A DNA stretch of 32,000 nt, taken from NCBI RefSeq assembly GCF_000008645.1, contig NC_000916.1, positions 1,410,001-1,442,000 of the forward strand, in the 5' to 3' direction. Below are positions 1-7,923 of the stretch, piece by piece (position 1 is the stretch's first letter; the number at the start of each line of letters is the position of its first letter). The translations under genes and the position numbers were made by a program. The notes beneath the pieces were generated by a model. That model did not search any database. It was given only the letters and a program-made list of their open reading frames with translations, and was not told the DNA's origin. This stretch comes from Methanothermobacter thermautotrophicus str. Delta H. Lineage in GTDB: Archaea; Methanobacteriota; Methanobacteria; Methanobacteriales; Methanothermobacteraceae.

Positions 1-757
1 CCCGGTAGGAGTCCCCGGCCCCTGTGGGGTCAACCGCCTCCCGGGGTATTGCGTCTATCTTTATCACATCATCGGAGTATATGATGCTCCCCTCTTTCCC
101 GTAGGTCTTAACCACCACCCCAGGTCCCATCTCCCGGAGTCCATGGATATCCACCGACAGTTTGCTGCATATGCGATCTATTTCATGGTGGTTCCCAAAT
201 AGTATGTCGCATACACCAACGGCCCTTTCAAGCTGGCTGCGGGAGTACATGTGGAGGTCCTGCCCCGGGTCAAAGCTTATTATCTTACCGAGGGACCTTG
301 CAAATTCACCGCACCTGCAGTTGAAGGATGGGTCACCGGTTGCAAGGTGCACTGCACGGGCAGATTTTATGGCATCCGCAGGTGTCTCGGCGTCTTTGAA
401 GTACCTTGCAGCGCCCCAGTAGAAGTAGCTTATCTGGTTGTGATCAGAATCGGTCATCACAAAGGCTGTTGGGGTGCTTTCGTCCGCCACCAGGATCATG
501 GATTCAATATCTATACCACTTGACTCCAGGAGCTCCCTGTACTCTGAACCCTCAAAGTCGCCTCCAACCGCGGATACAAGGGATGTTCTAAGACCAAGCC
601 TTGATCCCACCAGGGCGACATTTGCGGCTGCTCCCCCATGAAGGTTCCTCATGCGTTTTATGGCTGTTGATGTGTTTGGTTCTGGAAATTCATCCAGATG
701 TATTATGTAATCGAAGGCGGTATGTCCAACAGCAAGAAGGTCTCTGTCTTCACTCAT
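1..757 (-). CDS. PfkB-family carbohydrate/nucleoside kinase (partial, C-terminus runs off the window)
   Basis: Read manually on the minus strand from ATG at 757: [70 protein letters not shown]...; near the window edge the frame reads ...[18 protein letters not shown], the PfkB signature. Absent from the ORF track because its stop codon is outside the window. Confidence 0.88.
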   Translation of the reverse strand, partial: MSEDRDLLAVGHTAFDYIIHLDEFPEPNTSTAIKRMRNLHGGAAANVALVGSRLGLRTSLVSAVGGDFEGSEYRELLESSGIDIESMILVADESTPTAFVMTDSDHNQISYFYWGAARYFKDAETPADAIKSARAVHLATGDPSFNCRCGEFARSLGKIISFDPGQDLHMYSRSQLERAVGVCDILFGNHHEIDRICSKLSVDIHGLREMGPGVVVKTYGKEGSIIYSDDVIKIDAIPREAVDPTGAGDSYR

Positions 758-976
758 ATGATCACCTGAAAAATATGGGGTTAATTCTGTTGGGGTTGGT
801 TTATAATGTGATTGGATTATTCGTTATAGATGGATTGGGCCTGGTTCTGTTGAGCATCCTTTATTGGGTGGGACTTTATACTTTGAGGCGGATTAAGGTG
901 ATTTTTATAAAATGTGGTCCTCAAATTTCATGCAGGGAACTGATCCCATAAATGGTTTTTCAGCGGGTTTTCATGC

Positions 977-1852
977 TCAGTGAAGCGGCTCAAAGCCGGA
1001 TTCAGCAACCAGGGCCTGGCCCTCACCGGTGATGAACTCAATCAGTTCATCGACCCACTCTCTATCACGGCACCTCACTGCACTTATAACGTGCCTTGTC
1101 TCGTCCCTCAGGATGTCGGAGCCGCTGAACTGACTCGCACTTAAGAACGTAAGCAGCTCCGGGTCATTCATGACAATTCTGTGGGCATGATATGGGGATC
1201 TCACCTCCCTGACAACCTCAAATTCCACACCAGCCTCTGAGAGGACCTCCCATGCCAGCCTCTGGGCAGAACCCGAAACCCCCACAAAGCAGGAGCCGTC
1301 AAGGTCCCTGATATCACTGATACCCCTGCCAACAAGGACCAGGTGGTCATAGGCGACAGGAACAAAATCCAGGTCCCTCCGGTATGCCTGGAGGGGATCA
1401 TCCAGGAATACGGCATCAAGCATGCTCCTCTCTGCAAGATGGAATGAATCCTCATCACAGCATGAAAACAGGGATGCTGACACACCCAGACCCTCAATGG
1501 CGGCCTCTACAAGGTTTGAGGATATGTAACCAGCAGCTATCATCAGTGGCCCTGAACCCTCCAGTATTTTAATCTGTCGCAGGTAGGCTCCCAGGATCTC
1601 CATGGCCTCCGGTGTGAGTTCTGATCCAGCCCCACTGCTTCTCACCAGTTTCACACCAAGGAGGGACTCGGCCCTGAGCACCCTCCTGTTGAGCACCTGT
1701 GGTGATACCCCGAGAACCCTGGCGGCCCTTCTCTGTGAGAAGGTCTCTCCTATAACCCTGAGGGTCTCAAAGAACCTGTGATCAAATCTGTGCCCATTGA
1801 TTTCCATTCCAGGGAGGGGCTTCATATCCATATTGACACCTTTCTTGAGCAC
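977..1852 (-). CDS. ModE/LysR-like transcriptional regulator: N-terminal winged HTH plus C-terminal periplasmic-binding-like domain
   Basis: ORF 291 aa; HTH segment RRAARVLGVSPQVLNRRVLRAESLLGVKLVRSSGAGSELTPEAMEIL resembles ModE/LysR DNA-binding domains; remainder is PBP-like. Start could be an internal Met (MDMKPLPGMEI). Confidence 0.75.
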   Translation of the reverse strand: MLKKGVNMDMKPLPGMEINGHRFDHRFFETLRVIGETFSQRRAARVLGVSPQVLNRRVLRAESLLGVKLVRSSGAGSELTPEAMEILGAYLRQIKILEGSGPLMIAAGYISSNLVEAAIEGLGVSASLFSCCDEDSFHLAERSMLDAVFLDDPLQAYRRDLDFVPVAYDHLVLVGRGISDIRDLDGSCFVGVSGSAQRLAWEVLSEAGVEFEVVREVRSPYHAHRIVMNDPELLTFLSASQFSGSDILRDETRHVISAVRCRDREWVDELIEFITGEGQALVAESGFEPLH

Positions 1853-2095
1853 CTATGGTGTTTCTGTGGTTTCAGGGTTTCATAATCAACCGGACCATAT
1901 TCCAGGCCCTTTACCGTGGCCAGGTTTTCTCAGATCCTTCTTCAGTCATGGGTTTCAGGGGTAGCCCGGGGTTCTATGGGTTCAGCACATTTTATGATCA
2001 TAGTAATACATTTCATCTGGATTGGAATAAGGTCTGATGGTCCATTCCCCACTGTTTTTATATCATACAGAGTATATATTGGTATAGGTGTTGCG

Positions 2096-2680
2096 ATGAT
2101 AATAAAAGAGGCTATCAGGGACATAATCCATAATCTGGAGAAGATGGAGAGGGATATTGATGAGAGAACCCTTGATAATTTCATAGAAATCCTGACGTCT
2201 GCAGCCAACGTCTTTGTCCTGGGACTTGGGAGGTCGGGCCTCGTTGCCAGGGCCTTTGCCATGAGACTTATGCACCTTGAGATAAACGCCTTTGTGGTGG
2301 GCGAGACCATAACCCCTGCAATAAATGAGGGTGATGTCCTGATCGCAATATCAGGTTCGGGCAGGACAAGTTACATCGTGAATGCAGCCTCCATCGCCCG
2401 GGAGAGGGGTGCAAAGGTCGTGGCAGTAACATCATACCCTGACTCTGACCTCGCAGGGCTGGCAGATCTTACTGTGACCATAAAAGGAAGGACAAAGATT
2501 GACGGTGAGAAGGATTACATGAAGAGGCAGATGAGGGGCAACCATCACTCAAGAACACCCCTTGGAACACTCTTTGAGATATCAGCCCTGGTATTCCTGG
2601 ACGGCATCATAGCTGAGCTCATGGAGAGGTTTGATAAGAGGGAGGAGGATCTGCACCACAGGCACAGCTCCTTTGATTAG
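2096..2680 (+). CDS. SIS-domain sugar-phosphate isomerase (6-phospho-3-hexuloisomerase-like)
   Basis: Trimmed from ORF 1916..2680 to the ATG at 2096 (MIIKEAIRDIIHNLEKM...). SIS motifs VFVLGLGRSGLVARAFAMRLMHL and DVLIAISGSGRTSYIVNAASIARERGAKVVAVTS. Confidence 0.85.
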   Translation: MIIKEAIRDIIHNLEKMERDIDERTLDNFIEILTSAANVFVLGLGRSGLVARAFAMRLMHLEINAFVVGETITPAINEGDVLIAISGSGRTSYIVNAASIARERGAKVVAVTSYPDSDLAGLADLTVTIKGRTKIDGEKDYMKRQMRGNHHSRTPLGTLFEISALVFLDGIIAELMERFDKREEDLHHRHSSFD

Positions 2681-2849
2681 CCATCATGGCAGAACAGTGA
2701 ACTGGAGCATCATTGACAGGCCACGGGGCATCGGATTCAGAAACTCAGGTTTTTCAGATGTTCCGGTTCAGTTAATTTTTATCAGCTGTTTAAGCGTTCG
2801 GTCCGGTATTAATTCAGCTGTCCAATCTCTCTATTCTGAGAACCGATCC

Positions 2850-3596
2850 CTAAATTATCCTCTCAGGGTGGCTGTATATATTGAATCTCTTCCCGCGGAC
2901 GAAACCGAGCATTGTAAGACCCGTCCGCTGGGCAGCATCATAGCCTGAGGATGTTGGGGCGGCGTTGGATGCTATAATCGGTACCCCTGCACGGACGACC
3001 TTTATGAGCATATCCGCTGGCATTCTACCACTATAGACAATGAAGCTCTCTCTGAAATTAACACCATCCATTGCACCGGAGCCTATTACCTTATCGACAG
3101 CCACGTGCCTGCTAACATCCTCAAAGACCCTGAATTCATCACCTGTTACAAGTGCAGCCACATGGGTACCCCCGGTCATCCTCCAGACAACCGCGGACTT
3201 CACCATACGCTTGAATGCCAAGAATATATCATCAGCCCTTACCCTCAGGTCTGAATCAACGGGGCCCACCATTTCAACCCTCTGTCTCCAGCCACCGAAA
3301 CAGTCGGATCCCATCACAAGTTCCCTTCGTATATCAAGATCACCTGATTCTATCTCAGCATCGATTATATTATCGCTGATTTCAATGGATACTATGTCAT
3401 CGACGGAGTCCACCAGACCCTCACCAAGGAGGTAACCTGTTGCAAACTCCTCAAGGGCCTGGGGACTTGCAGTGAAGCGCTGCTCCATACCACCATTTAT
3501 CCTTATACGCACCTCAATGTCATTAACGACCTTTTCAGGGACCCTTCTCCTTTCATCATCCACACGGAAAGCATCAACCTCTCTGTACAGTGACAT
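2850..3596 (-). CDS. fdhD: FdhD-like sulfurtransferase / formate dehydrogenase accessory protein
   Basis: FdhD motifs: FATGYLLGEGLV, MTGGTHVAAL, FEDVSRHVAVDKVIGS, SFIVYSGRMPADMLIKVVRAGVPIIASNAAPTSSG. Confidence 0.9.
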   Translation of the reverse strand: MSLYREVDAFRVDDERRRVPEKVVNDIEVRIRINGGMEQRFTASPQALEEFATGYLLGEGLVDSVDDIVSIEISDNIIDAEIESGDLDIRRELVMGSDCFGGWRQRVEMVGPVDSDLRVRADDIFLAFKRMVKSAVVWRMTGGTHVAALVTGDEFRVFEDVSRHVAVDKVIGSGAMDGVNFRESFIVYSGRMPADMLIKVVRAGVPIIASNAAPTSSGYDAAQRTGLTMLGFVRGKRFNIYSHPERII

Positions 3597-3670
3597 ACAC
3601 CCACCACCTCACATCTAAAAACATATATCCATCTTTGATTAACAGTTAAACAGATCTTTTGTCCTTAATC

Positions 3671-3680
3671 TATAATATAT
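3671..3680 (+). promoter_or_regulatory. Putative archaeal TATA box for the nuoE-like/nuoF-like genes
   Basis: TATAATATAT 35 nt upstream of the ATG at 3715, within the divergent fdhD/nuoE-like intergenic region; ggagg-type RBS (cctggaggc) precedes the start. Confidence 0.55.
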
Positions 3681-3714
3681 TTGAGTTCATGACTCTTTAA
3701 CCTGGAGGCTTTGA

Positions 3715-4164
3715 ATGGATGAGGAATTGAAGAGAATATTTGCGGGTTACACTGGCCATAAATCTGAAATCATACCAATACTGCAGGATATACAGGATGC
3801 ATACGGTTATCTTCCAGAGGATGCCCTGGAGGAGGTAGCAAGCTTCACAGGGGTTAGCAGGGCCCATTTATACGGGGTCGCCACCTTCTATGCCCAGTTC
3901 AGGTTCAAACCAAGGGGGAGAAAGCATATCATGGTCTGCACTGGAACGGCATGTCATGTCAGCGGAGCGGAACAGGTTCTTGATGCCCTTGAGAGGCACC
4001 TGGGCATAGAGGAGGGGGATGTTACAGATGACATGGAATACTCCCTCGAATCCGTGGGCTGTATAGGGTGCTGCTCCCTCGCACCATGTGCAATGGTAAA
4101 CGATGAGGTTGTATCACGCATAAAACCATCAAGGGTAGGTAAAATATTCCCAAAAAAGTCTTAG
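3715..4164 (+). CDS. NuoE/HydC-like [2Fe-2S] thioredoxin-fold subunit
   Basis: 149 aa; HKSEIIPILQDIQDAYGYLPEDALEEVA, GVATFYAQFRFKPRG, CTGTACHVSGA and CIGCCSLAPCAMVNDEV are NuoE family signatures. Confidence 0.92.
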   Translation: MDEELKRIFAGYTGHKSEIIPILQDIQDAYGYLPEDALEEVASFTGVSRAHLYGVATFYAQFRFKPRGRKHIMVCTGTACHVSGAEQVLDALERHLGIEEGDVTDDMEYSLESVGCIGCCSLAPCAMVNDEVVSRIKPSRVGKIFPKKS

Positions 4165-4174
4165 AGTGTCTTAA

Positions 4175-6067
4175 ATGATAGAAAAAATTGCAGGGGCTTC
4201 CCTGAAGGAATACATGTCCCTCTTCAGGGGTGAACCGACAATATTTATAGGCTCAGCCACCTGTGGAAGGTCTGCAGGGGCCCAGAAGATAGAGGAGATA
4301 ATGGGGCAGAGGGCAGCCGAACTCTCAGTTGAGTGCAGGATGATACACACAGGCTGCATGGGTCTCTGCTACGCCGAACCCATGGTGGTCGTCTTCAATG
4401 GTGACAGCCGTGGTTACATCTACGGTCCGGTGAACCGTAAACTCGCAAAGAGGATAATCCAGGAGCACATCGTGGAGGGCAGGGAGGTTGAACCCATTGG
4501 TTATGTGGACATAGCCTTCAATGGCGACTCATTTGAACCAGTTTACGCTCTGGAATTCATGGAGGGACAGTCAAGGAGGATACTTCGAAGATGCGGCCTT
4601 ATAGACCCTGAAAACATGGGACACTATCTGGCAACCGGAGGCTACAGGGGCCTCATGAGGGCCCTTGAAATGGAACCCGATGAGGTAATTGAGGAGGTGA
4701 AGGACTCCGGCCTGAGGGGCCGCGGAGGCGCAGGATTCCCGACATGGCTTAAATGGAGTCTCTGTCGCCAGGAGGCCTCAGAGGTGAAGTACCTCATATG
4801 CAACGCCGATGAGGGAGACCCTGGCGCATTCATGAACCGTTCACTCATAGAGGGGGACCCCCATGCACTGCTTGAGGGGATACTAATCGCCTCATACGCG
4901 GTGGGGGCCAGGGAGGCCTACATCTACTGCAGGGCAGAGTACCCACTTGCCCTTGAGAGGCTCAGGGTGGCCATATCTGATCTGAGGAATCTGGGACTTC
5001 TCGGTAAGGATATCCTCGGGTCAGGGTTCGACCTGGATATAAAGATAAAGGAGGGTGCAGGGGCATTTGTCTGTGGAGAGGAAACAGCCCTGATATCCTC
5101 AATTGAGGGTAAGAGGGGAATGCCAAGGACAAGACCCCCATTCCCAACAACACGGGGCCTCTGGGGCAAGCCCACCGTTATAAACAATGTTGAGACCCTT
5201 GCAGCTGTTTCAATGATAATGCAGCACGGCGCAGACTACTTCAACTCCCTTGGCACCCCTGAAAGTAGGGGAACCAAGACATTCTCCCTTGTGGGCGATG
5301 TCAGGAGGACCGGCCTCATTGAGGTCCCCCTGGGCACAACCCTGAGGGAGGTCATCTTTGATATTGGAGGGGGGGTTGTGGATGGAGAGCTGAAAGCTGT
5401 ACAGATAGGGGGACCTTCAGGGGGATGCCTCCCTGCTGAACTTATCGATACAGGTATAGACTATGACTCCCTCACATCTGCAGGGGCAATAATGGGTTCA
5501 GGCGGCCTTGTTGTTTTATCGGACCGCACATGCATGGTTGAACTTGCAAGGTACTTCCTTGAGTTCACACAGAGGGAGTCCTGTGGAAAATGCGTACCCT
5601 GCCGCGTGGGGACAAGGCAGATGCTCATGATACTCAATGACATCGTAGAGGGTTCAGGAAGACCTGAAGACCCTGATATACTCAGGGATGTAGCTGAAAG
5701 TGTCAGGGCAGCCTCACTATGCGGCCTCGGCCAGACATCACCAAACCCGGTTCTGACGACACTCAGATACTTTGAGGACGAGTACCATGACCACATAAAA
5801 GGCAGGTGCACAGCCGCAGCATGCAGTGAACTGATGCACTACATGATAGACCCTGAGAAATGTGATGGATGCATGGCATGCATCAAGACGTGCCCGGCGG
5901 AGGCCATAAATGGTTCAAGGGACGAGGTCCATGTTATAGACCAGGATGGGTGCCTCAAGTGCGGGTCCTGTCTTGATATATGTAAGAGGGATGCTGTCAG
6001 GAGGGTTCCCGGTGCCTACCGTCAGGGAACCTATTCAGCAAGGATTCCTGAGAAGGATGGGTGGTAG
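4175..6067 (+). CDS. NuoF/HydB-like flavin and Fe-S subunit with N-terminal thioredoxin-like [2Fe-2S] region and C-terminal 2x[4Fe-4S] ferredoxin domain
   Basis: 630 aa; GLRGRGGAGFPTWLKWSL, ICNADEGDPGAFMNRSLIEGDPH, ESCGKCVPCRVGTRQM, and C-terminal CDGCMACIKTCPAEAI / CLKCGSCLDICKRDAV. Confidence 0.93.
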   Translation: MIEKIAGASLKEYMSLFRGEPTIFIGSATCGRSAGAQKIEEIMGQRAAELSVECRMIHTGCMGLCYAEPMVVVFNGDSRGYIYGPVNRKLAKRIIQEHIVEGREVEPIGYVDIAFNGDSFEPVYALEFMEGQSRRILRRCGLIDPENMGHYLATGGYRGLMRALEMEPDEVIEEVKDSGLRGRGGAGFPTWLKWSLCRQEASEVKYLICNADEGDPGAFMNRSLIEGDPHALLEGILIASYAVGAREAYIYCRAEYPLALERLRVAISDLRNLGLLGKDILGSGFDLDIKIKEGAGAFVCGEETALISSIEGKRGMPRTRPPFPTTRGLWGKPTVINNVETLAAVSMIMQHGADYFNSLGTPESRGTKTFSLVGDVRRTGLIEVPLGTTLREVIFDIGGGVVDGELKAVQIGGPSGGCLPAELIDTGIDYDSLTSAGAIMGSGGLVVLSDRTCMVELARYFLEFTQRESCGKCVPCRVGTRQMLMILNDIVEGSGRPEDPDILRDVAESVRAASLCGLGQTSPNPVLTTLRYFEDEYHDHIKGRCTAAACSELMHYMIDPEKCDGCMACIKTCPAEAINGSRDEVHVIDQDGCLKCGSCLDICKRDAVRRVPGAYRQGTYSARIPEKDGW

Positions 6068-6175
6068 GGCGCACCTGATCAGCCGCAGCCTTTCAGCCGG
6101 CGGAAACCTTCAGGGTACATTAAATTAGTACATTGGATGATCCCTCAAACGGCATATAATGTTCTCAGAAACAGT

Positions 6176-7096
6176 TCATGGAGTGTAGTAGGGGGATCTC
6201 CTTCTTATGGCCTCAAAGAATAGTTCACGAAGTCTGCCAGTGTCGTTTTCCCTCAGGGCGTCCCTGGTATCCACGAGGTTGTCGTTTCTGAGGAGGCAGG
6301 GTTTCAGCTTCCCATCAGGGGTTACCCTTAGCCTTGTGCAGTTTGCACAGAACCTTGTGTTGTCCATGGGCCTCACAACCTCGATTTCCCCGCCATCTAT
6401 ATAGTACTTCTTGCGGTCCTGCATGAATTTTCTGGTTCTGATCCGGTCTGCCATCTCTGCAAGTTCCGCCTCGATGGGGGTGATGTCGCAGTGGTATCTT
6501 TCGACGGCGTCATCATGGCAGCTTTCTGTTTTGAGGAGTTCAATTATCTGGAGCACCGCGCCCTTCTCGCGGCAGAATTCAAACATGTCCCATACCTCGT
6601 GGTGGTTCACACCCCTGAGGATCACCATGTTTATCTTGACAGGATCAAGTCCCACATCAACGGCACTGGTTATACCTGACTTAACCCTTTCAAGGTAATC
6701 CTTCCGGGTTATGAAGCGGTAGGTCTCGGGGTTGAGGGTGTCAAAGCTCACGTTGACCCTGTCAAGTCCAGCTTCGCTCAGAGCCGCACTGTACCCTTCA
6801 AGGAGGGTGCCGTTGGTTGTTATGGATATGTCCCGGAATCCGATGTTGTTTATCCTCTCAACTATTTCAACTATATCATCCCTTATGAGGGGCTCTCCAC
6901 CTGAGAGACGTATCTTCCCCACACCCAGGTCGGAGGCAACCCTGCAGAGCTTCTCTATATCTGCAGCCGACAGCTCTCCCCTGGATGAGGTCATTCCGTC
7001 CCTGTGGCAGTAGATACAGTTAACGTTGCAGCGACCTGTTATGGATAGCCGCAGTGACATAACCGGTCTTCCGTGTCTGTCCTGGACATGCATTGA
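6176..7096 (-). CDS. moaA: GTP 3',8-cyclase MoaA (molybdopterin biosynthesis, radical SAM)
   Basis: ORF 6176..7126; preferred start at internal Met ([33 protein letters not shown]). Radical-SAM CxxxCxxC and C-terminal [19 protein letters not shown] cluster motif. Confidence 0.9.
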   Translation of the reverse strand, partial: SMHVQDRHGRPVMSLRLSITGRCNVNCIYCHRDGMTSSRGELSAADIEKLCRVASDLGVGKIRLSGGEPLIRDDIVEIVERINNIGFRDISITTNGTLLEGYSAALSEAGLDRVNVSFDTLNPETYRFITRKDYLERVKSGITSAVDVGLDPVKINMVILRGVNHHEVWDMFEFCREKGAVLQIIELLKTESCHDDAVERYHCDITPIEAELAEMADRIRTRKFMQDRKKYYIDGGEIEVVRPMDNTRFCANCTRLRVTPDGKLKPCLLRNDNLVDTRDALRENDTGRLRELFFEAIRRRSPYYTP

Positions 7097-7166
7097 TTTA
7101 CCTCTGAAATTGGGTGGATGCCTCACATAATGTTTCAGTCACCTGCTTGACTGAGCTTCATGTGGA

Positions 7167-7850
7167 CTATTTTATGATGAGATCAACCCTTCCATTCTTA
7201 AGGCTTTCTGTTTCGAGGGCATCAATCATACCCCTAACTGTCTTTGATATGAACTCCTGGACGAAGGGGTTCAGGGGGACAGGTTTTCCATCGATCCTCA
7301 GGAGAACCCTCTCCGGCTGACTCCTGCAGTCGATATCATCAGCCTCGCCACGGATCTTGGCCTCTCTGAACTCTCTGCATGAACTGAACCCGCATTTTTT
7401 GCAGTTGAGGTTCTGCAACAGCCCGTAACTCCTCTTTTTTATGAGATCGATGAGCTCATCCACATCCTCCAGTGAGAATGGATCAACAACCTTCACTGTG
7501 AATTCTCCGGGGGTGGAGGTTGATATGCTGGCATACTCCATCTCCTTGAAGCCCTCAACTATGAGGAAGTCCAGGTCATCAAGGATCTCAAGGGTGCCAG
7601 CTATCTCCTCAAGATCCATCTCCCTTTCAAGGAGGAAGAAGGTTTCCCTACCACTCCCGGCAACGATCTCTGCACCGGCCCTCCTGTGCTTATCAGTATC
7701 CTTTCCAGGGAAATCAAAGCCGGTATGGGTATGTTTAAGTGTAGCGACCCTGTAGCCCTCCCCGGTGAGTTTCTCCACGATTTTCTCCACAAGGGTGGTC
7801 TTTCCGGTGTCCTTTGTACCGGTAACGCCAATGATCTTCATCCTCTTCAC
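7167..7850 (-). CDS. mobB: MobB-like GTP-binding protein with C-terminal cysteine-rich (putative Fe-S) domain
   Basis: MKIIGVTGTKDTGKTTLVEKIVEKLTGEGYRVATLKHTHTGFDFPGKDTDKHRRAGA is typical MobB; C-terminus has NCKKCGFSSCREFREAKIRGEADDIDC. Confidence 0.88.
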   Translation of the reverse strand: MKRMKIIGVTGTKDTGKTTLVEKIVEKLTGEGYRVATLKHTHTGFDFPGKDTDKHRRAGAEIVAGSGRETFFLLEREMDLEEIAGTLEILDDLDFLIVEGFKEMEYASISTSTPGEFTVKVVDPFSLEDVDELIDLIKKRSYGLLQNLNCKKCGFSSCREFREAKIRGEADDIDCRSQPERVLLRIDGKPVPLNPFVQEFISKTVRGMIDALETESLKNGRVDLIIK

Positions 7851-7923
7851 CTCACTCTCTACTCATAACCTTTATCTGTGCATCATGATAAAGTTTCACC
7901 ATAAAAAGGACACTGAAGATAAC

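Noticed and set aside
162-951. Plus-strand ORFs 162..422, 251..523 and 601..951
   Set aside because: They run opposite the PfkB-family kinase (complement 757 to <1) or through intergenic sequence and have no recognisable domains; treated as spurious antisense ORFs.
7765-7923. Upstream 53-codon extension of the FdhA ORF
   Set aside because: Overlaps the divergent mobB start, lacks homology-like sequence and is followed by a good ATG at 7924 where the [2Fe-2S] domain begins.
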